64,000 bases of DNA, taken from a virus. A program made the translations under genes and the position numbers. Position 1 is the first letter of the stretch. Every line of letters starts with the position of its first letter. The stretch is from positions 133,425-197,424 of the IMG/VR virus record IMGVR_UViG_3300032116_000013. One strand, given 5' to 3'. The notes below the pieces were generated by a model that saw nothing but the letters and a program-made list of their open reading frames with translations, did no database searches and had not been told where the DNA came from. Shown one piece after another: positions 14,129-24,124 of the stretch.

Positions 14129-15627
14129 CTTATAAGATTAATAATACAACAGTCATAGAAGACAATGGCGATGCTAAGTTTACCCAGTTAACAGTAACGG
14201 GTGGATCAATATTTTTACCAGACGTCAATCCAACTAGAAATACAGTTGGATACAAATTAAATTCGCAAACTAACATCGATACTTCAGGTAGAGGCGTACA
14301 TTCAAAAGTAATAATAGACGCTGCTTCGCCTAGTAATTTTGCAATAGTTGGTTCTTCTAAGAGTTCAGGATATGCTGCTGGCGGGGTTGGTATTGGAGTT
14401 AATTCAGGTCAGTTTCCTTTTGGTGGATTAGCAAGCAATTTTGCTGTCGGCGATCACCATTTTGCATTCATTAACAGATTTCCTATTAATTTTAGTGGTG
14501 CTCCTGTTTTTGTGCCTAATAGAACAGCAACTACCGAACTTTTTAGTCTCAGTACTTCTTCTTCAGTAAATAAATTCCCATTTTCTAATGAGTCTAATAA
14601 CAGTTTAATTAATTCACTAGAAGTTCCTGCTGCATTTGCATCAGGAACATCATCAGAAACAACGGCATATACATTTGCTGGTACTAGTCTTCTAGATTTT
14701 GATGGTTTGATGTCAACACTTAGAGATTTTCCTAGTTTTACTAGTCCTGTTAACGCATATCACCATTTACCAAACTATTTACAAGGATTTGTAGATAGAG
14801 TAAATATATCTACTGTACAAGGAATTTTTCAAAAATTTACTTTTTCTTCAGATATTAGTGGTTCATTAATTAGCAGTACAAACACACCACTCACTAAATT
14901 TGGAATGATGGGTTATCAAAGTCAGACTAGAGGATATACATTTGGTGGTGTACCACAACTTCCTTCTGCATTCAATCCACCTTCTGTTACTGTCCTTTCT
15001 AGTAGTGATATGTCTAGATTTCCATTTTCTACTGAGGTTATTTCTTTAACAGGAATTTCTTCTCCATCAGGGACTTCATTTGGATCTAATGTAAACAGCG
15101 CAGAAAGTGGGTATATATTTGGCGGACATAGACTGTATGGTACTATACAGTATAATCCAAATATACCATTTTCGCTTTTAACCTCAATGATAAAATTTCC
15201 ATTTGCTACTGAGACTTATACTGTTACTAACTCTAGCCTTCCATTAGGAGATTCTAGAGCATATCAACACACTCACCAATCACCTACTCATGGTTACAGC
15301 AGCGGTGGGATTAACGACGTTGTTACTCCTGATGAAGCCACTACATATTCTATCAGAAGAAGAAAATTTGCATTTGCATCTGATAACACAATATTATCTG
15401 TTGCAAATTTATCAGAAGAATTGTATACTAGATTTGCCACGCAGTCTTCAGACGCATCTGGATACATAGACTTGAGAAGAATGACGCCAGTGACTCCTTC
15501 TTTTGCAAGAGACACTGTCGTAAGACAGAGAATGAAATTCCCATTTGCTAGCGATTCTGATGCTGCAGATAACGGCGGTTTTGTTGATTTTGGTATTGCT
15601 GGCGCTGTAGGATTTAGTGGTGGATAA
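14125..15627 (+). CDS. 'FPF'-repeat (kelch/beta-propeller-like) virion protein, paralogue 1
   Basis: Repeats of GY..GG....(K/R)FPF(S/A)(S/T)(D/E), e.g. VNKFPFSNES, MSRFPFSTE, MIKFPFATE, RMKFPFASD. Confidence 0.65.
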   Translation: MTYKINNTTVIEDNGDAKFTQLTVTGGSIFLPDVNPTRNTVGYKLNSQTNIDTSGRGVHSKVIIDAASPSNFAIVGSSKSSGYAAGGVGIGVNSGQFPFGGLASNFAVGDHHFAFINRFPINFSGAPVFVPNRTATTELFSLSTSSSVNKFPFSNESNNSLINSLEVPAAFASGTSSETTAYTFAGTSLLDFDGLMSTLRDFPSFTSPVNAYHHLPNYLQGFVDRVNISTVQGIFQKFTFSSDISGSLISSTNTPLTKFGMMGYQSQTRGYTFGGVPQLPSAFNPPSVTVLSSSDMSRFPFSTEVISLTGISSPSGTSFGSNVNSAESGYIFGGHRLYGTIQYNPNIPFSLLTSMIKFPFATETYTVTNSSLPLGDSRAYQHTHQSPTHGYSSGGINDVVTPDEATTYSIRRRKFAFASDNTILSVANLSEELYTRFATQSSDASGYIDLRRMTPVTPSFARDTVVRQRMKFPFASDSDAADNGGFVDFGIAGAVGFSGG

Positions 15628-15629
15628 AA

Positions 15630-16757
15630 ATGGCGTTTAAAACTAACGATACAACTAGAATTGATAATGACAGAAAAGCATCATTAACAAATGTTGCTAT
15701 GCCAACTACTGGTGTTTTAGAAGTTAACACTGTTGGTGGAGGTGGCGGTGGTCCTCTCGCTTCACCTATGCAGGGAACAGTAAAGGGTTTGGTTGCAGGT
15801 GGATCAACAAATTATGGATATCAATTTGATTCAGCACTTAACAAAGTTGAGAGTTTTCCGTTTTCTAATGAGTCTAATGTTTTTTTGTATTCATCACTAA
15901 AAGTCGGTACTATCAGCAGCACTGGACACAGTTCTACAACTGATGGATATACAGTTGCTGGTTATACACAAATTGCTCCTAGCACTGGAAATCTTACTCC
16001 TGGTCAGCCTGTTTATATCGATCGACATTTTTTAAAATCTATAGACAAAATTCCATTCTCAGCAATAAATGTTTGCACTTTTGTCGGCAATCTATCAGCC
16101 ACGCGACATTTGGCAGGCGGTCATTCTTCACCAACATCAGGATTTGTTTCTGGTGGAGCGCATTTACCAAGCCTACTATTAGTTCCATTAACCTCAATAG
16201 AATCATTTCCGTTTTCTACTGGTAGTGTTATTTCTTCATATGTTGGAGATTTAGGAGTAGAAAGTTATGAAACTGCAACTCAGTCAAACGAAACGCATGG
16301 ATTTAGCTGTCAAAACTCTAATGCGCCATTTGTAAGAACAATTGTTTCTAGACCAGGAGAAGTAAGAATTGACAGATTTCCGTTCAGCACTAGTGTGACT
16401 TCTACTGATATTGGTGATGCTATAGGAAATCTATATCGAGCAGGGATATCTGCTCCTGGACCAGGTTTCGGTTATATTGCAGGTTATTTTGAATCTGGAG
16501 TCCATTTAACTGGAATACAGAAGTATCCATTTGCTTCTGGTGGATTTTCAGCTATAATAGGTGGATTGACACAAGCAACCAGCACTAATGCAGGACTTTC
16601 TTCATCCACTAATGGTTATTCCATTGCTGGAGCAACTAATGTGCCTGGCGGAACTACAAGAATTGAAAGATTTCCTTTTGCGACTGATAACAACTCTTCC
16701 TATATCGGAGACATTTCTGAGGCTAGACTCAGTTTGAATTGTAGTTTCCAAGATTAA
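15630..16757 (+). CDS. 'FPF'-repeat virion protein, paralogue 2
   Basis: ESFPFSNES, IESFPFSTG, IDRFPFSTS, IQKYPFASG, IERFPFATD, each followed by GDL-type turns. Confidence 0.65.
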   Translation: MAFKTNDTTRIDNDRKASLTNVAMPTTGVLEVNTVGGGGGGPLASPMQGTVKGLVAGGSTNYGYQFDSALNKVESFPFSNESNVFLYSSLKVGTISSTGHSSTTDGYTVAGYTQIAPSTGNLTPGQPVYIDRHFLKSIDKIPFSAINVCTFVGNLSATRHLAGGHSSPTSGFVSGGAHLPSLLLVPLTSIESFPFSTGSVISSYVGDLGVESYETATQSNETHGFSCQNSNAPFVRTIVSRPGEVRIDRFPFSTSVTSTDIGDAIGNLYRAGISAPGPGFGYIAGYFESGVHLTGIQKYPFASGGFSAIIGGLTQATSTNAGLSSSTNGYSIAGATNVPGGTTRIERFPFATDNNSSYIGDISEARLSLNCSFQD

Positions 16758-16785
16758 TATTATTGTAAATTATGGAGTTTAAGTT

Positions 16786-18030
16786 ATGGACAAATTACCA
16801 AGCCCTAAAGATTATTTTGATAAATTTGGTTATGTTATTCTAAAAGAAGCACTACCAAAGGACGTATGTAAACAATTAACAGAACATATGTTCAAGTTAT
16901 TTGATGAAGGTAAATTAATTAAAGATGAACAATGTCCATTAAGTGATTCCGTCTACGGTGATCCAATTTTTGATGATCTTTTGCAAAAATATGCAAAACC
17001 TTTGGGCGATCACGTTGGAAAAAATCTACTTCCGACCTATACTTATGCAAGAATTTATCGAAACGGCGAGGTCTTAAAAAGACATAAAGACCGACCAGCG
17101 TGCGAGATCAGCGCAACAATTACTCTTGGATATGATGGTCTAAAGGTTTGGCCAATATTCTTTGACGAAGAAAAAGAAATTGCAGTTGATCTTGAAATTG
17201 GAGAATTAGCACTGTACAAAGGCTGTGATATTACTCACTGGAGACCAGCATTCAAAGGTAAGTGGCAAGTACAAGTGTTCTTTCATTATGTAGACGCAGA
17301 TGGTCCATACAAAGAAGAATACAAAGATCGAAGAAAACAATTTGGAGTAGACAAGACGACTGCTCAACAACAAAAAAATGATGACCAATTGTCGTTCCCG
17401 CTACCTTTGTTTAATTCCGTTATTATCCCTCATGCTGATGAAAAATTCCCAGGGTATTTTTGCATAGACAGTAATAATCTAAAGGAATTGATGTTTACTA
17501 AAGAAGAATGCGATAAGATTATTAAAATTGCAAAAGAAAACTACGCTGCTCCAGCCTCTATCGGCGGCGGAAACGGAGGAATGATAGAAAGAAAGATTCG
17601 ATCTGCAGAAATCTACAATGTAGATAATACTGAGGAAAACAGATGGATTTTCGGGAAGATGGCTTCTATCGTATCCCTAGTAAACAAATATCACTTCGAT
17701 TATGATATTGCAGGGATTACGCATTCGCTACAATTGATCGAGTATGTTTCGACTGAAAGCGTTAAAGGACACTATGAGTGGCATACAGACTCAGGTCCTG
17801 GTCCTTCTGCTCTTAGAAAGATCTCGGTTACTGTACAATTAAGCGACCCATCAGACTATGAGGGTTGCGGTTTGTTTATAAATAATCATGGTTCTATTGT
17901 AGAAGGCACAAAAGAACGCGGTTCCGTTCATATGTTCCCGAGTTATATGGTTCACAAGGTAGACCCTATTGAAAAGGGTACTCGATATGCATTGGTTATT
18001 TGGATTCATGGATCAAGGAGATTTAAATGA
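16786..18030 (+). CDS. Tandem two-domain 2OG-Fe(II) oxygenase
   Basis: Domain 1: PTYTYARIY..HKDRPACEIS..HWR..QVFFHY. Domain 2 (P4Hc/PKHD-like): YEWHTD..RKISVTVQLS..HKVDPIEKGTRYALVIW. Two HxD...H...R sets. Confidence 0.85.
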   Translation: MDKLPSPKDYFDKFGYVILKEALPKDVCKQLTEHMFKLFDEGKLIKDEQCPLSDSVYGDPIFDDLLQKYAKPLGDHVGKNLLPTYTYARIYRNGEVLKRHKDRPACEISATITLGYDGLKVWPIFFDEEKEIAVDLEIGELALYKGCDITHWRPAFKGKWQVQVFFHYVDADGPYKEEYKDRRKQFGVDKTTAQQQKNDDQLSFPLPLFNSVIIPHADEKFPGYFCIDSNNLKELMFTKEECDKIIKIAKENYAAPASIGGGNGGMIERKIRSAEIYNVDNTEENRWIFGKMASIVSLVNKYHFDYDIAGITHSLQLIEYVSTESVKGHYEWHTDSGPGPSALRKISVTVQLSDPSDYEGCGLFINNHGSIVEGTKERGSVHMFPSYMVHKVDPIEKGTRYALVIWIHGSRRFK

Positions 18031-18980
18031 GTGAAGTTCAAAGTGATACACAAACATTGGAATTGAAGCAGCCAGAAAATGTTACCAACAAACAGGTAGC
18101 AATTTTTGAAGAAATTCGTAAGGATTTGGCAGTTTCTTCCGAAGTGAAGGTGCCATTGAATTATGTTTTTGGTAAGGGTCAACTTGCCAATTTGCAAAGT
18201 TTTGGTGGAACATCAATTCAGGCTAACGCTGAGAAAGTTGATAAAGCCTTGCAAAATATGAGTGAGTTGCAGAATATTTGGAACCATAGCCACACGCAGT
18301 GGATTTGGAGGCATTTGAATCTCAGTTATCATTCTCCACATAAGAATATGCGCCAGATTTGCGCAGAAATTGCAGCAAAAAGATCTGCGCTGAATGATGC
18401 TAAGTGGAAACACGTAGAAGCCGAGTTGCGCCTACGTCAAATTGAAGAACAATTGGCAAAAGAAAATCTTGAGTATTGGACTGAAGTCAGGCTCAAGATT
18501 GAGTTGGTCAGAATTAAAGAGAGTCTATCAGAAGGCGTGACCTATATTGAAGGCGCCATGAAGGATGTTCTAGTGTTGAATGAACTTTATGAGCAGTTGA
18601 AAGAAAAGGTTTCTGACTTCTCAGAATATGATATTGAGAAGGTAGAGACAAAGTCACACCTCAAGAGAGCGCTCGTTCAATGTATTCGCGACGTTCGCCA
18701 GTTCGGTTCAATTTCTAAGGGTGAGCAAGAATATATTGAGCAGATTGGAATTAATCCAATGAAGTTGCAGAACCTTATGCGTAAATATGTCCAAGCAGAA
18801 GAAAATTCTGATTCTTGGGATGTCAGCGGTCTATATGAGTTCGTTGATAAACTCACAGAAGAGTTGGTTGATGTTTATAAGGTTGATGTTGTAAGAATGA
18901 GAATGCAGGGATTTAGCGAAAATCCAATCGAGAATTTCTCATACACTGAGAAGGTTGCATTGTTAAACAAAGACAAGTAA
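18027..18980 (+). CDS. Coiled-coil hypothetical protein
   Basis: 317-aa ORF with ATGA overlap to the oxygenase; heptad-rich central helix. Function not recognised. Confidence 0.7.
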   Translation: MSEVQSDTQTLELKQPENVTNKQVAIFEEIRKDLAVSSEVKVPLNYVFGKGQLANLQSFGGTSIQANAEKVDKALQNMSELQNIWNHSHTQWIWRHLNLSYHSPHKNMRQICAEIAAKRSALNDAKWKHVEAELRLRQIEEQLAKENLEYWTEVRLKIELVRIKESLSEGVTYIEGAMKDVLVLNELYEQLKEKVSDFSEYDIEKVETKSHLKRALVQCIRDVRQFGSISKGEQEYIEQIGINPMKLQNLMRKYVQAEENSDSWDVSGLYEFVDKLTEELVDVYKVDVVRMRMQGFSENPIENFSYTEKVALLNKDK

Positions 18981-18992
18981 AGAGAAAACAAA

Positions 18993-19325
18993 ATGGCAGT
19001 AGTAGAATATATGGTTTATAAGGAAGGCAGCAGAAGAGTTGTACCTTCTTTTCTATCAGATTGCGGTCATTGGAGAAACCCAGCCGATAACACTTTTATT
19101 GGCTGGGTCGATGATGTCAGAGATTTCTATGTTCCTGACACACTATCTTTTTTGACTAAAGAACAATTTGCTGCACGAGCAGTCGAAATGCATCACGCTA
19201 ATCCTCAAGAAAAACTTGATCCTAATAATCCAGAAGTTAGTGTTCAGTTGACAGATCAAGAAGTGATTGACCTTGCAAATTTTTGGTATGATGATTATGT
19301 TTCTAGAAATTCTCAGCAAACATAA
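18993..19325 (+). CDS. Hypothetical protein
   Basis: 110-aa ORF in operon context with an AGAG RBS-like sequence. Confidence 0.7.
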   Translation: MAVVEYMVYKEGSRRVVPSFLSDCGHWRNPADNTFIGWVDDVRDFYVPDTLSFLTKEQFAARAVEMHHANPQEKLDPNNPEVSVQLTDQEVIDLANFWYDDYVSRNSQQT

Positions 19326-19331
19326 TAAAAA

Positions 19332-20765
19332 ATGACCATTAAAGTTTACAGAGACAGAATAGAATTAGGAAACTATACATTAACGGCAACACCAACAGGT
19401 GCTTCGTTTAATGGTAGTATTGCTGTTTCTAAATTAGGCAATAATTTTACTGTAGGTCAGGGAAAGTCTTTTGCATATAAACACGGAGCAATAAACAGTT
19501 GGGTTGGACCAAGTTCTTTTACAGCATCACCTGTGACTGTTTCTTCTTATAGATTTCCATTTGTTTCTGATCAAATAATACAAGACGTCAGTTCCTTTAA
19601 TCTAGTTCCTATTAACAATGTTTCTAGAGGAACATATCATTCTAGCGAAACTCATGGGTATACTACTAAAGGAGCAGCAATAGGTAGTGTCGCGACTGCT
19701 GGCAGGGCTAATTATTTTAATGGGTTTTCCTCGTGGCATCCTGCTTCTTCTAATGGTCTGCAGCCAATTACGAGATATTCGTTTAGTTCTTTCGCAGGCA
19801 GCGAAGATATCGGTGCTCTTTCTCAAACTTTAAATCCTTTTAATTCTGCAACTAATCATATGGTTAGTGTTCCATCTTTTATAGGATTTTCTTCTAAAGA
19901 AAATGGTTATGTCGGCAGCGGTTATTTTCCTGGTTTTTTCTCCCCAGTTTTAGGATTAATTTCAACTAGAATTGGATTAGTTAAATTTTCTTTCAGCGAT
20001 TCAAGTAATAAAGCAGTTTTATTTCAGGAAGATACTAGATTACCATCTGTGCCTACAGCGCCAAATATAGATTCAGCAGTTGCTACTCCTAATTGGCTCG
20101 GCACTAGTCTAAGTAACGAAAATTATGGCTATTTTATAAATTCTAAAAGTGTAACAGTCACTCCACAAGGTTCAATACCTGCCACATTCTACAGAAAATT
20201 TCCATTTATCACTGAATCGCAATTGTTTAACATAGGGACGCTTTCTACTAATCCAACAGAACAGTCTGAGCAATATATGACAGGTATTACTGGTCCAACA
20301 GCAGGATATTGGGTCAGCGGTCAACCAGAGGCTTTAAACGGTAGTCTAATACTTACTCCGACATCACCGCCAATCTCGCCTACTCAGTTATTTAGAAGTC
20401 AAACTTCTAGTAATAAAACTCATAAATTTCCTTTTGCTACTGATGTAATATCAGTAATCTCTCACACCCCAGAAGTTGGTTTTGCATATTCAGGAAGTTC
20501 TAGTGAGACCAAGGGTTATTTGTTAAACGGATATGTAGAAAATGCACTACCACCATTATCAGTTCCTTTCCAAGTTAGCAATCGTCAATTCACTAGCATT
20601 GTAACTAGCGATGCTTTTTCTCCAGTTAATAATGTCGGTGTTCCTTTTATATTTCAAATTGCTGGTGGTTTTAGAAAATCTTTTTCTTTTTCTTCCGAGG
20701 CTACGATGGTTTCCTTAACCGACGGTTTAAATCAAGATTCTAGCGGCGGAGCACATCAGCAATAA
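19332..20765 (+). CDS. 'FPF'-repeat virion protein, paralogue 3
   Basis: YRFPFVSD, TRYSFSS, RKFPFITE, HKFPFATD; N-terminus MTIKVYRDRIELGNYTLT. Confidence 0.65.
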   Translation: MTIKVYRDRIELGNYTLTATPTGASFNGSIAVSKLGNNFTVGQGKSFAYKHGAINSWVGPSSFTASPVTVSSYRFPFVSDQIIQDVSSFNLVPINNVSRGTYHSSETHGYTTKGAAIGSVATAGRANYFNGFSSWHPASSNGLQPITRYSFSSFAGSEDIGALSQTLNPFNSATNHMVSVPSFIGFSSKENGYVGSGYFPGFFSPVLGLISTRIGLVKFSFSDSSNKAVLFQEDTRLPSVPTAPNIDSAVATPNWLGTSLSNENYGYFINSKSVTVTPQGSIPATFYRKFPFITESQLFNIGTLSTNPTEQSEQYMTGITGPTAGYWVSGQPEALNGSLILTPTSPPISPTQLFRSQTSSNKTHKFPFATDVISVISHTPEVGFAYSGSSSETKGYLLNGYVENALPPLSVPFQVSNRQFTSIVTSDAFSPVNNVGVPFIFQIAGGFRKSFSFSSEATMVSLTDGLNQDSSGGAHQQ

Positions 20766-20766
20766 A

Positions 20767-22005
20767 ATGACTATTAAAATTTTAGAAGACAAAATAGAAT
20801 TTGATAATTTTTCATTAACGCTTTCTAACAGAGGATTAAGCGTTAATGAAAAAAATAGTTCATCAATTTTGGCTGAGTTAAAAGCGGCTTCTATTTTACA
20901 GAGCACATATTCTTTTCAGGGCAGTCAATTCGGTTACATTTCAGGTGGGTATTCTATTCCTTCTACTTTCGGTGGACCATCACCATCTGGATTAGGATTA
21001 GAAGAAACTCAGCAAATTTTAAAGTTTCCTTTAGTTGTTGCTGGTGGTTTACTTTCTCAAGTTTCAAATTTAACTGATCAGCAAGGGCATGGACTCACTG
21101 GTAATAAATCTGCAATTAGCGGATATACTTGTGGCAGCCTCTACAATACTTTTTCTTGGCCAACTGCACCATCAAGTCCAGCAAAACCTATTGAGTATAC
21201 TAGCGTTCGTAGCGGAAAAAGTAGATTATCATTTAGTTCAGATTATAATACAACAGAAGGTGGTACTTTTGACGATGGCGCATTTGATTATGCTGCTGGT
21301 CACTCTAGTTCCACACATGGATATGTCTCTGGCGGTAGAGTAAGTTATGCAATACCAGGAAATCCAGTTTTTACTGTAAGTGGAACAACATCAATTAGAA
21401 AATTTTCTTTTGCTGCAGATTCTAACGGCACTATAGTTGGTAATTTACAGGGTGTTGATTTGGGCGAAAGAATGTTTGCCGCTGGTTGCTCTTCTTCGAC
21501 TGATGGATTTTCTGTTACTAGAAACAATAACAATAAATTTCCGTATGCATCTGAGTCTAGTGTGTCGTTTGCTCCGAATGTGCTTCCAGGAACTTATGAT
21601 TTAAGTGCGGCTCTTTCATCTACCACTCATGGGTACATTGCAGGCGGTTCACTTGGAGTTCCAGTGAGTTTCGGGGCTACAGGCATAGGCGGAAATTTAA
21701 ACACTGGAGGAACTCCAGGAACTATTAATCCATATGGTCCTGATGATCCAGTAAGAGATATAAGAAAATTTTCTTTTTCTAGTCACTCTACAGTAACTTT
21801 AATTGGTAATTTAATTTATCGTAAAGGAAGTTGCACTGGCATTTCTTCTATTGCACATGGAATAGTAGTTGGCGGAAGATCTAATCCTACAGGTTATGCT
21901 GGACAACAATTAATTGAAAGGTTCCCTTTTGCTGCAGATGTAAATGGGATTGAAGTCGGCGATATGACAAGATCAAAAAATGGCTCAGCAGGATTCCAAT
22001 ACTAA
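20767..22005 (+). CDS. 'FPF'-repeat virion protein, paralogue 4
   Basis: SSSTHGYVSGG, IRKFSFAADSNG, KFPYASE, IERFPFAADVNGIEVGDMT; N-terminus MTIKILEDKIEFDNFSLT. Confidence 0.65.
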   Translation: MTIKILEDKIEFDNFSLTLSNRGLSVNEKNSSSILAELKAASILQSTYSFQGSQFGYISGGYSIPSTFGGPSPSGLGLEETQQILKFPLVVAGGLLSQVSNLTDQQGHGLTGNKSAISGYTCGSLYNTFSWPTAPSSPAKPIEYTSVRSGKSRLSFSSDYNTTEGGTFDDGAFDYAAGHSSSTHGYVSGGRVSYAIPGNPVFTVSGTTSIRKFSFAADSNGTIVGNLQGVDLGERMFAAGCSSSTDGFSVTRNNNNKFPYASESSVSFAPNVLPGTYDLSAALSSTTHGYIAGGSLGVPVSFGATGIGGNLNTGGTPGTINPYGPDDPVRDIRKFSFSSHSTVTLIGNLIYRKGSCTGISSIAHGIVVGGRSNPTGYAGQQLIERFPFAADVNGIEVGDMTRSKNGSAGFQY

Positions 22006-23324
22006 TGGCAATTAAAATATCTTCAGATAAAATAGAAATAGGCAATTACACGCTGACTGAATCTTCTGGCGGGATCATCGGTATGAGAAAATTTGCTGCA
22101 GATAAAATTAAAGGTTCTCTAACTTTTAATGGAACTTTGTCTGTAACTTCTATTTACAGTACAGACTCACAAGCCACTCGTGGAACTTTTAGCGGAGGAG
22201 TCATAAATCCTCTAAGTAATTCTTGGGCAGGAATAGATAAATTTCCATTTTCTACTATTTCTTTGGCTAGATCAGTTTCTAACTTATTTCAATCTAGAGC
22301 ATATTCGGCTGCTGCATCTTCTAGAACTAGCGGTTATGTTTTTGGCGGTACTGCTGGAACAGTTACTCCTCTATTAAATCCAGCAAATCCAACCAGCGGC
22401 GCTGTGAGCACTATAGACAGATTTGCTTTTTATAATGATTTAAATGCAAAAAGTATAGGATCTTTAAGTACCAACAGAACATTATCTTCTGGTCAATCTT
22501 CTCAGAGTCATGGGTATAGCACTGGCGGAATCAGCGGTTTTAACACATACATTTCTACTATTAGTAAATATCCATTTTCAACAGATAATGGTGCGCAAGA
22601 TACATCAAATTTACAAACTTCTGGGTTTGGAAGAGCAGGTATTTCTTCTAGTATTAATGGTTATTATATGTCTAGAATTGATGCTAGAAATCGTATGTTG
22701 AGTTTTACAACTACTGATGCACCGCAAATTAAAAATGGAAAATTTCCATTTGCAAATGATGCTGCTGTTTCACTAATACCTACATTTGCAGGAAATTTAC
22801 CAACTGTAATGACTGGAGCATCAGCACCTGATTCTGGATATTTTGTTAACTATTGCCTCTTTTCAAATTATACGCATCCGCAAACGCCATATTTGGGTGG
22901 TTCTACTACTAGATTATCTAAATTTCCTTTTGCAAGCGAAATAACTATTAATGTTGCTGGTTATCTTTATGGGGCGCATCCTTCTACTATAATTAATAGA
23001 TTTACTCAAAATAACAGTACTGTGGTATTAGGTCCATCTTTCCCTTATTCAGGATCTCCTGCTGAATTTACTGCTCATATATCAGAACATAATTACATAG
23101 CATGTTCTTCTGGAGAAACTATGGCTGTTTTAGGTGGCGGTTCTCTGGGAGAACCATCGCCAACAACAAATAACCTAAACCCATTTTTTAATGTGGGAAC
23201 TCCTAATATCTACTATAAAATGAGAAGAATGGACTCATTTCCTTTTTCTTCTGAGACATTCTGTACCTATGTTGGCGATTTATCAACTGGTAGAAGTGGT
23301 ATGGTAGGACACTCTGATAAATAA
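22005..23324 (+). CDS. 'FPF'-repeat virion protein, paralogue 5
   Basis: IDKFPFST, IDRFAFYND, ISKYPFSTD, GKFPFAND, SKFPFASE, DSFPFSSE; N-terminus MAIKISSDKIEIGNYTLT. Confidence 0.65.
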   Translation: MAIKISSDKIEIGNYTLTESSGGIIGMRKFAADKIKGSLTFNGTLSVTSIYSTDSQATRGTFSGGVINPLSNSWAGIDKFPFSTISLARSVSNLFQSRAYSAAASSRTSGYVFGGTAGTVTPLLNPANPTSGAVSTIDRFAFYNDLNAKSIGSLSTNRTLSSGQSSQSHGYSTGGISGFNTYISTISKYPFSTDNGAQDTSNLQTSGFGRAGISSSINGYYMSRIDARNRMLSFTTTDAPQIKNGKFPFANDAAVSLIPTFAGNLPTVMTGASAPDSGYFVNYCLFSNYTHPQTPYLGGSTTRLSKFPFASEITINVAGYLYGAHPSTIINRFTQNNSTVVLGPSFPYSGSPAEFTAHISEHNYIACSSGETMAVLGGGSLGEPSPTTNNLNPFFNVGTPNIYYKMRRMDSFPFSSETFCTYVGDLSTGRSGMVGHSDK

Positions 23325-23327
23325 ATA
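23320..23327 (+). promoter_or_regulatory. T4-type late promoter candidate (AATAAATA)
   Basis: Directly upstream of gp13. Confidence 0.5.
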
Positions 23328-23350
23328 CATGATAAACCAGAGGGTCTTCA

Positions 23351-24112
23351 ATGGCAGTACCAACTTCGCGCACGGAACTTAAAGAATATTGTCTCCGTAG
23401 TCTAGGCTTTCCAGTCATAGACATAAACGTCGACGATGATCAGGTTGAAGACCGAATAGATGATGCTCTGCAAAAGTACAGAGAGTATCATTTCGACGGA
23501 ACTGAACAGATCTATTTGGCTCATAAAGTTACCAAGGGTAGCATAAAAAACAAATATCTTGAGGTTCCAGACTCAATTATAGGTGTAACTCGCCTTTTAC
23601 CTGTCAGTGCTGGTAGCATTAGTTCTAGCAGCACTCAAGGGTTTAACATTTTTGATATTAACTATCAAATTCGTCTAAACGACTTCTATAATCTAACTTC
23701 TTCGTCATATTCGTACTATGTAATCGCCAGACAACATTTGGCTATGTTGGATATGATTGTAACTGGTGAAATTCCATTCAACTTCAATAAGAAAACCTCA
23801 AGAATTGACGTTTTTATGGACTGGAACGGTAGAGTTTCAGAGAATGATTACATCGTTTTCGAGGCACTTAGAATCGTAGACCCAGAATGCTACGAAAAGA
23901 TTTATTCTGATTCTTGGATCAAAAAGTATACCACTGCTCTAATTAAAAGACAATGGGGAACTAATCTAACAAAATACGCCAACTATACGCTTCCTGGCGG
24001 TTTGATTATAAACGGCGATAAAATTTATGCTGATGCTGAGGCTGCTATTGAATCTTTAGAAGAAGAACTGAGAGACACATTTGAACTGCCTCCTGCTATG
24101 CTAGTTGGATAA
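23351..24112 (+). CDS. gp13: Neck protein (head-tail adaptor)
   Basis: PTSRTELKEYCLRSLGFPVIDINVDDDQVEDRIDDALQ...YTTALIKRQWGTNLTKY..LPGG is the classic gp13 pattern. Confidence 0.95.
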   Translation: MAVPTSRTELKEYCLRSLGFPVIDINVDDDQVEDRIDDALQKYREYHFDGTEQIYLAHKVTKGSIKNKYLEVPDSIIGVTRLLPVSAGSISSSSTQGFNIFDINYQIRLNDFYNLTSSSYSYYVIARQHLAMLDMIVTGEIPFNFNKKTSRIDVFMDWNGRVSENDYIVFEALRIVDPECYEKIYSDSWIKKYTTALIKRQWGTNLTKYANYTLPGGLIINGDKIYADAEAAIESLEEELRDTFELPPAMLVG

Positions 24113-24124
24113 TAGGTTACTACA

